Notes: generated from the sequence alone by a model not told the origin. 64,000 bases of DNA from Verrucomicrobiales bacterium (GCA_038139415.1 JAYOSV010000007.1:2198-66197), one strand, 5' to 3'. Numbered from the stretch's first letter, positions 54,046 to 63,621 are shown. Numbers and translations are program-made.

Positions 54046-55109
54046 TCTTCGGTCGACGGCACCTGCTGCATCGTGACGGTGACCGGGGTGCTACAGCTGA
54101 GGTTGAATTCTTCCTGCAATTCATAGGCTGCCAAATTCACCGCATCGCGCACGGTCAATAATTGGTGTGGCAAATGCAGCACATATGCCAGACGCCAGCG
54201 CACGGCGTGATCGTCGTTTTCCTTGAGCGCAATACGCGGGGTGTCTTTGGCGGAAAGTCCATCCGTTGCCTGACACGCCCGTTCATAGACTGCCTTCAAG
54301 TAGTCTTTTACATGATCGGCTGGCAAATCGTAACCGATTTTGAAATCCACAAAATCGCGGAACACGCCACCGGGGTTTTCCTTGTAGAAATCCACACGGC
54401 ATTTGAGGAGCGTGGAATTGGGCACTTCGATGTCATGCCCGCGCACCAAATCGCGGATGATGGTTTGCAGTCCGCGAATTTCGAGAATGATGCCGAGCAT
54501 GTCTTCATCGGGAATCGCAATTACATCCCCGCGCTGCATGCGTTCGCCGCTGATCAAGAGAATACCACTGAGAAAATCGCGCAGCCAATAATCCTTGGTG
54601 GTGAACACCAATACAGCGAGAAAGCCAACCACTCCGGTGGTTTGTAGGGAACTGGTCAAACCCCAGATATTGATAAGCACCACCAGTGTGCTTAAGAGAA
54701 TAACGCCGCTAGCTACCAGCTCCAGTGTGCGGGAGGTGGCGGTTTCCACCTTGCGCATGAACCCCATCACTGTGATTTCGTTGCCATAGCGGGCCAGCAA
54801 CAACGCCTCGGTCAGGTGCACCAGCAGGTAGGCGATCAGGAGGGCGAGAAAGGTTTGGCTCAGTTGATCCGCGGGAAAGTGATCGCTGTTCATTATCAGT
54901 GACACCACGAACATCACAAAGACGGTGAGGTTGAACCCGTGCAAAATGCGCAGGCGTGCCCGCATTTTGGCTTCGTCCTTGATCTCGCCATAGTGCGACG
55001 CAATAGATTTAGAAAATAGAAAAACCACCGCGTTGACTGCGAAGGTGAAATACTCCAGTGCCGTCAGATGCTGCAGACGAGGCACGACGATATCATTCCA
55101 GAAATCCAT
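54042..55109 (-). CDS. mechanosensitive ion channel (MscS-family) protein
   Basis: Several N-terminal TM helices, then LRDFLSGILLISGERMQRGDVIAI, the conserved MscS pore-helix/beta-domain junction. Confidence 0.8.
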   Translation of the reverse strand: MDFWNDIVVPRLQHLTALEYFTFAVNAVVFLFSKSIASHYGEIKDEAKMRARLRILHGFNLTVFVMFVVSLIMNSDHFPADQLSQTFLALLIAYLLVHLTEALLLARYGNEITVMGFMRKVETATSRTLELVASGVILLSTLVVLINIWGLTSSLQTTGVVGFLAVLVFTTKDYWLRDFLSGILLISGERMQRGDVIAIPDEDMLGIILEIRGLQTIIRDLVRGHDIEVPNSTLLKCRVDFYKENPGGVFRDFVDFKIGYDLPADHVKDYLKAVYERACQATDGLSAKDTPRIALKENDDHAVRWRLAYVLHLPHQLLTVRDAVNLAAYELQEEFNLSCSTPVTVTMQQVPSTED

Positions 55110-55179
55110 AGTAATTTAGCTCAAATAATTACGTAAAAATCCTAAGGAGGAGTTGGTTTTTTATAATTCCAGAAACTAT

Positions 55180-56013
55180 TTAAATGACCGTACTTATGCG
55201 ATCTGGCTCAAAAGCCTCGATCAGTTTATCTACCCTTGCCCTCTCAGCGGCACCGATAGATTCCCCTGTGGTCTTGATGGCAGTGTTGAGTTGATCAACT
55301 TCATTTTTTTCTAATGCCGCAGTGCCTTCACGATTTAAATAAAATTTTGCTAAGCTGTACCAACGGTAGGCTTCACTTAGATTTTTATCTACGCCGTGAC
55401 CATGAAAATAAAGTCCGGCCAAATTCAGTTGAGCTGAGCCAATACCTTTTTCGGCACTCAGTCGGTACCAGTTGGCGGCTTTTTTTAAATTCATTTCTAC
55501 TCCAGCCCCTTTCTCCAATGCTCGCCCATATGAGAACTGTGCCAGTGCGTGTCCGGCTTCTGCTCCTTTGTGGTACCATTTTGCGGCCTCGAATAAATCA
55601 CTAAGTTTATTTTCGGTGCCTGATTCGCTGAGAACACCGGCAAAATACATGGCTTCGGGATGGCCAGGGATGATGATCTTTTCACCGACCTTGAGGTGGT
55701 CAACATCCATCTCGGGATTAAGCGTGCTCATATCACGGATTAAAACGTTATATAGGTCAGCGATATCAATGATGGTCTCGGTAGATTTTTGTACTACATG
55801 ATTAGTGCGGGTGGCTGAAGCGATATACCAAGCCAAAGCATTATCAAGACTCTTTTCTTCCTCTTTGCCTTCCTGAAAAGCTAAGCCTTTTTCAAACTGA
55901 CTGACACGATTACCCCATTTTGCGGCAGCATCACGGTGGCCCGTGGAATTCGGCTCTTTGCAAGCGACGCATATCAGCAGTAAAATACATAGCCCCAAGT
56001 CTTTTGCCCTCAT
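55180..56013 (-). CDS. lipoprotein with a LysM domain and Sel1-type repeats
   Basis: Lipobox LLICVAC. LysM-like TIIDIADLYNVLIRDMSTLNPEMDVDHLKVGEKIIIP. Sel1 repeats (AAKWYHKGAEAGHALAQFSYG..., AANWYRLSAEKGIGSAQLNLAGLY..., AYRWYSLA). Confidence 0.65.
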   Translation of the reverse strand: MRAKDLGLCILLLICVACKEPNSTGHRDAAAKWGNRVSQFEKGLAFQEGKEEEKSLDNALAWYIASATRTNHVVQKSTETIIDIADLYNVLIRDMSTLNPEMDVDHLKVGEKIIIPGHPEAMYFAGVLSESGTENKLSDLFEAAKWYHKGAEAGHALAQFSYGRALEKGAGVEMNLKKAANWYRLSAEKGIGSAQLNLAGLYFHGHGVDKNLSEAYRWYSLAKFYLNREGTAALEKNEVDQLNTAIKTTGESIGAAERARVDKLIEAFEPDRISTVI

Positions 56014-56098
56014 GGCGTCACCCTAGCTGAAATGACGGGCTGCTTCAAGATTTCCCCATAAGTTTGACTGGCGGACTGGATTGGTTTAATGCGGACCC

Positions 56099-57001
56099 GT
56101 GTTAAGAATTGGATTAATCCTGTTTGGTTTGTGTTGGTGGCTAGGTTGTGTGGATTTTGAGAAACAAACCATGCTGTATCGGCACTATCCCAAGGCTGAT
56201 ACCTTAGTGATCTGGCAACAGTACGAAGGAATCTATGGCGATGACGGCTTTGAAGGGCTTTCGCCAAAGGAGATCGACCAGCTTCATTCGGTGCTCGAAG
56301 GGCAGCGGACGTTTTTCTTTAGTAACTGGATCACCGATTATAACGCTCAACAATTGGCGAATGAAGTGGCGAAAATGCGCGATAAATTGAGAGCGGATGA
56401 TTGGACTGAGGAGGAGAAGGCCTTTAAACGCCAGTTGATTGCCTTGTACAAGTTGATTGGGGAAAATGTTCGGATTGAAAATGGCCCGTTTTATCTCAAT
56501 GGTGAGGGGAAACTTTCGGCAACCCAGGAGGTGACGGTGACCAAGGTGAGCTTCATTATTGCCGCGGCAAACCAAGCCATCCTTTCCGGACTGCAGCTAG
56601 AGATCGATTCCAATTCGCTGGATCAAAGTGATCCGGAATATCTACCCTTGGTCGAAAAGGTGTTGAAAACCAAGCTGGAGCTATTTCAGCTCCAAGGGCA
56701 CCGTTTGCAGGTCCACTGGCCTCTAACGGCCGGTATGTTTCTAGATAAAGATATACAAGAGGCCATCAATCAATTCCGTCAGCAGGGAGGCCGTGCGATG
56801 ATTAAGGAAGGCTTAGTGACTGTGGAGCTGGGCAAGCTCAAGGGCAAGGAAGCAAAGCTGGAAGTGGTGTTGCCCGGAACAAACTTCCAGTCCAATGCGT
56901 TGGCGCATGTTAGGAAACGGTATGAGGTGATGGATCAGTATGATCCGACCGCGGCCCGGACCGATTTCTTTAGAGCCATGGATGGGCTTTATAAAAAGTA
57001 G
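56099..57001 (+). CDS. hypothetical lipoprotein
   Basis: 300-aa ORF with N-terminus LRIGLILFGLCWWLGC (lipobox). No family recognised. AT-rich codon usage. Confidence 0.45.
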   Translation: MLRIGLILFGLCWWLGCVDFEKQTMLYRHYPKADTLVIWQQYEGIYGDDGFEGLSPKEIDQLHSVLEGQRTFFFSNWITDYNAQQLANEVAKMRDKLRADDWTEEEKAFKRQLIALYKLIGENVRIENGPFYLNGEGKLSATQEVTVTKVSFIIAAANQAILSGLQLEIDSNSLDQSDPEYLPLVEKVLKTKLELFQLQGHRLQVHWPLTAGMFLDKDIQEAINQFRQQGGRAMIKEGLVTVELGKLKGKEAKLEVVLPGTNFQSNALAHVRKRYEVMDQYDPTAARTDFFRAMDGLYKK

Positions 57002-57087
57002 GGTAAAATTGTAATAGCCTGTGTGGATAATGCGCTCTTGTTCTCAGGGAGAGTGGAGTTAGCATTTGATGACCAAAAGGTTATTCA

Positions 57088-58920
57088 ATGGCAGACTCCT
57101 CTTCCTTCCTTTCCCGCGCCGCTGGTACGGTGGTGAACCCGCTTTCCAAGGCCATGGGCTCGATGCGCGAAGTGCTCGAGCATCACACTGGTGAATCCGG
57201 CGAACAAAAGCTGTTGGAAAACATGCTGCAATTGTTCGTCATCGTCCTGCGGGCGGATGGCGCCATTTCGGCGATGGAACAGCAATCAGTGGCGACTCTG
57301 GTGCGCGACACCTACGGCGAAGCCGCCTCCAGCAAGCTGCAGCAAATGCTTACCGTGGAGGATCCTCCCGATCTGGAGTCGGTGTGCGCTGGGCTAAATG
57401 TGTTGTCTGGCGAGGAAAAGGAAACCTTGCTGCGCGCTTTGTTCATCGCGGCGTTTGCGGATAACGGCTTTGCCCGGGCTGAGGAGGGGTGCCTGTACCA
57501 AATCGCCCGTGCCTTGGGTATCTCGGAGGAAACCTTTCGTCGTGAAGAAGCGGCCGCGTTGGAGGAGCACAACCGCCGTATGAAACTGGTGCGCAGCAGC
57601 ACCGGCTTGATCGCTTCGGTGGTGGTGATTGGCATCTTCGTGCTCACGGCCACCTTCCTGAAAGCCGTCTTGTTTGGCCTGATCCTCGCCTATTTTTTCC
57701 AGCCCCTCCAACAGCGGTATCAGAGCAGCTTTCTTGAGAACGGGTTGATGGCGCGGCTCATCGATTTGGCTAAGCTGGTGTTTGTGCGGCCTTTTGCGTG
57801 GATCATGGGTAAGGTGAGCGGCCTCTTTAGAAAAACGCCCACGGAACCGGAAGTGCCGGTCAGCGGCGATGCCGTCGTGCAACAGGCAATCAGTCGGTCA
57901 TGCAATGCCGCCGTGCTCACGGTGTCTGGGGCCCTGGTGTTGATTTTGGTTGGGGTGGTGTTGTTGACGTTGAGCGTGAAGCCCAAAAAGATTGATACGG
58001 ACAAGGCGCGCACGCAAATGGCTTCGGTGGCGGGCAAGGCTGCTTCGTTGCCATTGGTGGGGAAAGAAGCCAAGAAACTACAGGCCACCCTGAATGATCC
58101 GGAGGAATTTGCGGCCCTGCGCGAACGAATTTTTGCCCGCGCCCAAGAAGATGAGGCGACCCAAAAATCCTTGATGGGGGGCGCTTCCAAGGCCCTTGGC
58201 GCAGTCGTGGGTGTGCTTAGTGCTGTTGGGACTCTGGCACTGAACACGTTGCTCTCGATCTTTTTCTTCTCGTTCTTCCTCGGCAAACTTGCCGCCTTCC
58301 GCCAACGCAACGGAGCGGAGGTCAAGGAAGGCGATTACCTTGTACAAAGCTTATTTGAAACCTCTTGGCTGCCTACTACCAGCGAAGAGACCTTACAAAG
58401 CGCCGCGGAGGTGATCAACGAGGTCTTCTTCAAGCTCAAGACATGGGTGCGCGGTTATATGTGGATTATTATTATCGAGACCGTGATTTATGTGACCGCC
58501 TTTCTGTTGCTCGGCGTGCCGTACGCCATTCCGCTTGGGATGCTTGCAGGCCTGACGGTGCTGCTGCCGTTCTTGGGGCCGATGGTCAGCGTGGTGCTCA
58601 CCGTGGGTACTTGCGTGGTGACCGGTCATGCCGATCCTACTCTGCTCGTGCTAGTGGGGAGTACCTACGTGATCATGAACATGGTGGTTGAGCAACTCTT
58701 CCTCTACCCTGCCTTTGTGGGCGAGGCGTTGGGGTTGAACATCCTCGAAACCTTGATAGTGGTGTTGCTGGGCGGACTGTTTGCCGGCTTGGCGGGTATG
58801 ATCTTCGCCGTGCCGGTGGCCAGTGTGTTGAAGTTCCTGATCCCGCGCCTCTATCAAAGTATGCGGGCGGGGGATGAACTGGCTCTGCCAGAATCAGGGG
58901 GGGCGGCGACGGCCGACTAG
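57088..58920 (+). CDS. TerB-like N-terminal domain fused to an AI-2E family (UPF0118/PerM) transporter
   Basis: The N-terminal ~160 aa (LQLFVIVLRADGAISAMEQQSV...EKETLLRALFIAAFADNGFARAEEGCLYQIARALGIS) look TerB-like. The C-terminal polytopic region has LGMLAGLTVLLPFLGPMV, typical of AI-2E transporters. Confidence 0.65.
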   Translation: MADSSSFLSRAAGTVVNPLSKAMGSMREVLEHHTGESGEQKLLENMLQLFVIVLRADGAISAMEQQSVATLVRDTYGEAASSKLQQMLTVEDPPDLESVCAGLNVLSGEEKETLLRALFIAAFADNGFARAEEGCLYQIARALGISEETFRREEAAALEEHNRRMKLVRSSTGLIASVVVIGIFVLTATFLKAVLFGLILAYFFQPLQQRYQSSFLENGLMARLIDLAKLVFVRPFAWIMGKVSGLFRKTPTEPEVPVSGDAVVQQAISRSCNAAVLTVSGALVLILVGVVLLTLSVKPKKIDTDKARTQMASVAGKAASLPLVGKEAKKLQATLNDPEEFAALRERIFARAQEDEATQKSLMGGASKALGAVVGVLSAVGTLALNTLLSIFFFSFFLGKLAAFRQRNGAEVKEGDYLVQSLFETSWLPTTSEETLQSAAEVINEVFFKLKTWVRGYMWIIIIETVIYVTAFLLLGVPYAIPLGMLAGLTVLLPFLGPMVSVVLTVGTCVVTGHADPTLLVLVGSTYVIMNMVVEQLFLYPAFVGEALGLNILETLIVVLLGGLFAGLAGMIFAVPVASVLKFLIPRLYQSMRAGDELALPESGGAATAD

Positions 58921-58936
58921 CCGGTGACGCGCTCCA

Positions 58937-60127
58937 TTATTTGGCTACCTTGTAGAGCTTGCTGTTACTGCGCATGTACAAGGCGCCGCTACCCACAGCG
59001 GGGCTACCAAGGATTTGTTCACCGAGATCGAGTTTGCCCGTGATTTCCCCTTCCTCCGCCGTGGTATCCACGATCTGCATTAGGCCGGCTTCGTTGACAA
59101 AATACAGGTAATCGCCGGCGGCCACGGGCGTGGCGCTGAACGGGCCTTTGAGGCGGAGTTGCCAGCCGCGTTCGCCAGTTTTGGTGTTGCCGGAGGTCAG
59201 CACGCCGGCTCTGTTGGTGGTAAAGACCTTGTTGCCTATCACGATCGGACTGGCGGTGCCGGGTTGCAAACGGCCGCTTTGCCAGAGTTGCTTGGGGGTG
59301 TTGGCGGCGTCGGCATCATTGAGCTTCAAGGCGGTGATGCCGTTGGAGGGAATGTACAACACGCCGTTCAGCACGGCGCTGGAGGGAATGGTGGAGGCGC
59401 CGTCCTCGTAGCTCCAAGCGTTGGAGCCGTCCTGGGTACGGACGGCGTCGATACCGGTCTTCGATTGCAGGGCCACGAGGCCGGATTTCAGGAGCACAGG
59501 CGAGGTCCAGTTGGCGGCCTTCGGGCGGTCGAGCCGCCAGCGGTTGAGGCCGTTGGTTTTGTTCAGGCCGAGCGTGTAGGATTCACTGTCGTTTTCCACC
59601 TGTACCACGAGCGTGTCGCCGGTGACGACCGGGGAGCTGCTCATGCCGAGGCTGTTGGAAACATTGGCGTAATCGGCGGTGAGACCGCGCAACCATTGAA
59701 GGTTGCCGGCGCGGTCGAGGCAGATGACGTCGTTGGAGGAAAATACGGCGTAGATGTTTTTGCCGTCACTGCAGGACGTGGGCGCGGCGACGCTGGTCTT
59801 GGCGTGGCACATCGTGCGGCCGGTGGCCCAGAATTGCCGATGCCATGCCACGCTGCCGTCCTTGGCGTTGAGAGCAAGAACGTGCAGGCGCGATTGGGTG
59901 GGGCCGCTGCTGCAGGTGACAATGACATGGTCGCCCAGCACGAGCGCGCCGGAAAGACCGCGGCCGGGCAGGGTGATGGACCACTTGAGGCTGTCGTCCT
60001 GCAGGGTGGTGGGGAGGTTTTTATCAGTGGACACGCCGTTGCCGTACGGGCCACGGAACTGGTTCCAGTCCTCGGAATGAACAGTCAGGCCGAGGGCGAA
60101 CGTAAGAGCGATGAGGGAGTTTTTCAT
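58937..60127 (-). CDS. PQQ-like beta-propeller repeat protein (secreted)
   Basis: Signal peptide, EDWNQFRGPYGNGVS start motif and repeated blade-like segments typical of BamB/PQQ-like propellers. Confidence 0.7.
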   Translation of the reverse strand: MKNSLIALTFALGLTVHSEDWNQFRGPYGNGVSTDKNLPTTLQDDSLKWSITLPGRGLSGALVLGDHVIVTCSSGPTQSRLHVLALNAKDGSVAWHRQFWATGRTMCHAKTSVAAPTSCSDGKNIYAVFSSNDVICLDRAGNLQWLRGLTADYANVSNSLGMSSSPVVTGDTLVVQVENDSESYTLGLNKTNGLNRWRLDRPKAANWTSPVLLKSGLVALQSKTGIDAVRTQDGSNAWSYEDGASTIPSSAVLNGVLYIPSNGITALKLNDADAANTPKQLWQSGRLQPGTASPIVIGNKVFTTNRAGVLTSGNTKTGERGWQLRLKGPFSATPVAAGDYLYFVNEAGLMQIVDTTAEEGEITGKLDLGEQILGSPAVGSGALYMRSNSKLYKVAK

Positions 60128-60156
60128 GGGAATCCTTTTTGATGAGTCGGGTGAGG

Positions 60157-61341
60157 TTAGTTGCGCGGGCGCCGACTGGGGGTAGGGTTGTTGCCGCTGT
60201 TGTCGGTGCCGGTCTCGGGCGTGGGTGGCCGGTCGGCGGCAAGCACGGCAGTACCGGTGGCGTCACATACGCGCAGCTGAAACTGCCATTGCTTGGTCCA
60301 GGATTGTTGTTGCTCGTTTTGGCAAAGCTTCATGAGAAAGGTGTTGCGGCCCTTGGTAAGATTGATGTCGAGCTGGTATTGGTCGATGCGTATGCCGCGA
60401 TGATATTCGTCGCGGCTGAACACCAACTGGCCGTTGTGCCAGATCTTCCAGGCATTTTTGCAGCCCAACCGTAGCTGCGCCGGCCCGGCGCTAGCGGCGG
60501 TGTATTCGGTGTAGGCAAAGGCGGTGACTTCCTTGAGGCCATCGCCGGGGCCGGGGTAGGCTTTGTTGATGTCCACCATGCCGTACTCGTCGGCCGTGAT
60601 GAATTCGCTCCATTCCACCTTGCCGGATTTGCCTTCATACGTGGCGGAGAGATCGATTTTTTTCTCGGGGGGAAACACAGCGGCAAAGCCTTTTCGCTCG
60701 GTGTTGTCAAACGGTCCGATAACATTCCAGTGCATGAGAAACCCAAAATGCCGTGGGAGATCGACCTTTTCATTGAGTTGGCGTAGGGCGGTGGTGGCGG
60801 TCTGAATCTGATCAATATCACGTGCGGCATCGAGCGCCTTGCGGAAATCCTTCACCGCAGCCTGGGTTTGCTTGGCGGTCTGCTTGGCGGTGCCGGCTTC
60901 CAGCACGTGCGCCACGGCGTCGCGTCGGAGTTCCACGCTGGGATCATTGATCAGTCCAGGGATCAGTTTATCTGCCAGCTTCGGGTTGGATTTTTGGATG
61001 AGCTCAAAGGCCAGTCGACGTGCGCGCGGTTCCTGTTTTTGGTCCGCAATAAAATCGAGCAGCGCCTGCTGCGGCAGCTTGCCTCCCCGATCGGCGATGG
61101 TGTCTACCGCGGCGCGGAGCCAGTTGGCGGACAACGGCGAGGAATCCTTCATGGCGCGGAGGATCTCAGGTAGCGCGGCGGCGTCCGCCTGCGCGAGCGA
61201 TTTCCAAGCCTTGGCGGCCTCGGCATTGCCTTGGCCTTCGGGTCCGACGGCTCGGATGGTTTTGATGGAATCTGAAACGGACGCAGCTTCGCCCGTGAAA
61301 CAAATTATGGCCGCCAACAAAACTGCGAAAAGGGGTTTCAT
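60157..61341 (-). CDS. secreted hypothetical protein: HEAT-like helical N-domain plus jelly-roll-like C-domain
   Basis: Signal peptide MKPLFAVLLAAIICFTGEA. Helical repeats (LPEILRAMKDSSPLSANWLRAAVDTIA..., DPSVELRRDAVAHVLEAG). The beta-rich C-terminus carries WNVIGPFDN. Start at the ATG at 61341. Confidence 0.45.
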   Translation of the reverse strand: MKPLFAVLLAAIICFTGEAASVSDSIKTIRAVGPEGQGNAEAAKAWKSLAQADAAALPEILRAMKDSSPLSANWLRAAVDTIADRGGKLPQQALLDFIADQKQEPRARRLAFELIQKSNPKLADKLIPGLINDPSVELRRDAVAHVLEAGTAKQTAKQTQAAVKDFRKALDAARDIDQIQTATTALRQLNEKVDLPRHFGFLMHWNVIGPFDNTERKGFAAVFPPEKKIDLSATYEGKSGKVEWSEFITADEYGMVDINKAYPGPGDGLKEVTAFAYTEYTAASAGPAQLRLGCKNAWKIWHNGQLVFSRDEYHRGIRIDQYQLDINLTKGRNTFLMKLCQNEQQQSWTKQWQFQLRVCDATGTAVLAADRPPTPETGTDNSGNNPTPSRRPRN

Positions 61342-61387
61342 GGACCGCAGCCTAGACGTCCACCGCGCGCTTGGCAAGGCGCTTGCG

Positions 61388-61918
61388 CTAGTCGTTGATG
61401 GCCACTCGAACAGGGACGAGTCGCCCTAAATACGCGCCTGCTGCCTGCAAATCTTTTTGGAGATTCTTCATTTCCTGATCGTATGGGTTTGCCAACGTAT
61501 TATGGGCAACTTCAAGCGCCTTGGTTACGTTAACTTCCGGTAGATTCACAGAAGGTAGCGCGGGTTGCTTTACGGCTGCTATGGGTGGATCGAGAGGGGA
61601 TGGCAGAGAGGCAGTTCGAGGGTAGAGGAAAAAGGCAATTACCGCACAGGCCGCAATAGGCACCCAGACGGGAACGGAAAGAGTGGGCTCAGTTCTGGGT
61701 TCAGTGGACTGCAGGGCATTGATAATACGCGCCCGCAGGAACGGTGGGGCTTCTGGTGTTGGAGAAGGTTGCTCAAGTTGCTCAATGAGCTTTGCCTGTT
61801 GTTGGTAATGGTCACGGCAATTTGGACAGTTAGCAATGTGAGTTTTCGTAGAACGAGGGAGTTCCTGATTATCGTCCAGTGCGCGATCAATTTTCCAACG
61901 ATGAATTAGGCAGAACAT
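61388..61918 (-). CDS. putative anti-sigma factor (zinc-finger, single TM)
   Basis: H-x3-C-x2-C motif (THIANCPNCRDH), a central TM helix (VWVPIAACAVIAFFLY), and a 13-nt overlap with the ECF sigma gene upstream. Confidence 0.55.
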   Translation of the reverse strand: MFCLIHRWKIDRALDDNQELPRSTKTHIANCPNCRDHYQQQAKLIEQLEQPSPTPEAPPFLRARIINALQSTEPRTEPTLSVPVWVPIAACAVIAFFLYPRTASLPSPLDPPIAAVKQPALPSVNLPEVNVTKALEVAHNTLANPYDQEMKNLQKDLQAAGAYLGRLVPVRVAIND

Positions 61919-62472
61919 GGTGCACTTCCTTTGTTGTAGTTGAGTTGTTGAACTGTTGAGATTGAGTTATCGATTTCGGGTTCTGGATTTATTTTAGCTT
62001 CGGATGATTCCAGAGCGGTTCCCAGATTTTTTCTGGCACGATGCAGCATGACTTTTACAGAAGTTTCGCTTCTGTTCATTATACCTGCTATTTCAGCGAT
62101 ACTCAGCTGCTCCCGATACTTCATCCACAGCACATCAAACGCTTCGGGTTTTAATGTTTGTCTAGCGACACGCCATAGGGCTGCGTGCTCTTCGGTTTCA
62201 GATACAGTTTGTGCTGGCGTAGCGTGATCAACCATACTCGAAGTAGCTTCTTCAAGTTCGCAGTGTGTTACCCGACCGTGCTTTCGGTAATGACTAACAG
62301 TCAGGTTACGGGCGATGGTATAGATCCAAGTAACAAATCGGGCGTCACTACGGAAGAGGTGAAGCTTTTGCCATGCGTTCACAAAGGTTTGCTGGGTGAG
62401 GTCTTCAGCGTCCTGTCGAGAGGGTGCTTTTTGACAGAGAAAGTGAAACAATCTGGCCTCATGGCGGCCCAC
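61906..62472 (-). CDS. ECF-subfamily RNA polymerase sigma-70 factor (5' end uncertain; may extend to about 62527)
   Basis: Region 2 DAEDLTQQTFVNAWQKL...WIYTIARNLTVSHYRK and region 4 EQLSIAEIAGIMNRSETSVKVMLHRARKNL. The coordinates use the first canonical start (GTG at 62472). The in-frame upstream sequence still looks like sigma N-terminus. Confidence 0.85.
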   Translation of the reverse strand: MGRHEARLFHFLCQKAPSRQDAEDLTQQTFVNAWQKLHLFRSDARFVTWIYTIARNLTVSHYRKHGRVTHCELEEATSSMVDHATPAQTVSETEEHAALWRVARQTLKPEAFDVLWMKYREQLSIAEIAGIMNRSETSVKVMLHRARKNLGTALESSEAKINPEPEIDNSISTVQQLNYNKGSAPCSA

Positions 62473-62584
62473 AAGTTCCTCAAAAGCGGCTAAAGAACCC
62501 TCTTGGCCTTTGCGGGCTAAATCTTCATCCGATATGTCTGACCAGTTAGCTATTTTAGTTTTTTCCTTAAAATATTAGATCGGC

Positions 62585-63520
62585 CTAGAAATCGATTTTT
62601 CCGTCTTTGAGTTGCTTATTGGCCTCCTCAAGGATTGTCGCTACCGGAATTGCCATACTCATACGAACCAACTGTTTCTCCTGTGAGATTTTGACATCTT
62701 TGAGAAATTTTGCCGCCTCTTTGGCCATTGAGTTATCAGTATTACCAGCCTGTAGTTGGACGATGGCCAGAAGTCCTTGCATCATTTGCTGAATTTGCAC
62801 GGCAAATTCGTCGTTAGCTGTATATAGGTGAATGTTCGTCTCAAAGTTTTTGTCCTTCTCACCCATTGTGATGCCGATTTTTTTTACGTTCTCCAGTATC
62901 TTGGCTTGGGGAGGAATGGGTAGTCCCTCAAGAGAAGCCATCCCCATGATGAAATAAGCGTTGGGATCAAGTTTGAGTTCCTTGAGTTCCTTTCCTTTCA
63001 GGGTTTTAGTTTTTCCACCTAAAGTTGATAGGGCTAGGGAAACGTCCTCTTTAGTGCTCCCCATTACCAGAAGGTTTTCGCTGACGATGGAGCCGTATTC
63101 GCGCTCACCGGAATCTTCATCCCGCCAGGAATGTAATTTGTGTTTGCCTGATTTCTCGGTTTTGAAGGTCTTGTTCGCTTTGAGCAAAGTCAGCAGGTGT
63201 TCTTGATCGAACTTACCACGAATGAGTGCCACGCCGTTTTCATCAGCTTGCTCTGCATCCACATGCCCGAAAGCCGTTACATCAGCCAAATCCATCCGTG
63301 GATCAAACTTTAGCATTGCCGAAAGGGCGTCAATGGCACCGGCATGCTCATCCATTTGCTTCATGGCAAACTTGCCCAGTCCGCTGGTTTTGAAGCCATC
63401 GAAATCCATATGAATAACCCACTGAGCACTGGCGGGCACTTGCTTGATATTCAGGCCCTCCGCTGTGGCGTGAAACGCCAGTCCGGCGAAGGCGAGTGTG
63501 CTAAGAATAATGTTTTTCAT
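62585..63520 (-). CDS. secreted hypothetical protein, first gene of the ECF sigma cluster
   Basis: 311-aa ORF with signal peptide MKNIILSTLAFAGLAFHATA. Lys-rich and AT-rich. No family recognised. Confidence 0.45.
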   Translation of the reverse strand: MKNIILSTLAFAGLAFHATAEGLNIKQVPASAQWVIHMDFDGFKTSGLGKFAMKQMDEHAGAIDALSAMLKFDPRMDLADVTAFGHVDAEQADENGVALIRGKFDQEHLLTLLKANKTFKTEKSGKHKLHSWRDEDSGEREYGSIVSENLLVMGSTKEDVSLALSTLGGKTKTLKGKELKELKLDPNAYFIMGMASLEGLPIPPQAKILENVKKIGITMGEKDKNFETNIHLYTANDEFAVQIQQMMQGLLAIVQLQAGNTDNSMAKEAAKFLKDVKISQEKQLVRMSMAIPVATILEEANKQLKDGKIDF

Positions 63521-63553
63521 ACTTACATACTTAAAAGGGTTTATTCAAACTGC

Positions 63554-63580
63554 GTCGACCCGCCACGCAAGGCAAGTTCA
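63554..63580 (-). promoter_or_regulatory. ECF-type promoter candidate (TGAAC-N16-GTCGAC on the minus strand)
   Basis: The minus strand reads tGAACttgccttgcgtggcggGTCGAc, 34-60 nt upstream of the ATG at 63520. It resembles the GAAC...CGTC/CGAC ECF promoter architecture. Sequence match only. Confidence 0.25.
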
Positions 63581-63621
63581 ACCTGGGATACGCACCGACA
63601 GCGGGAGAGGTTACAGGGGAT

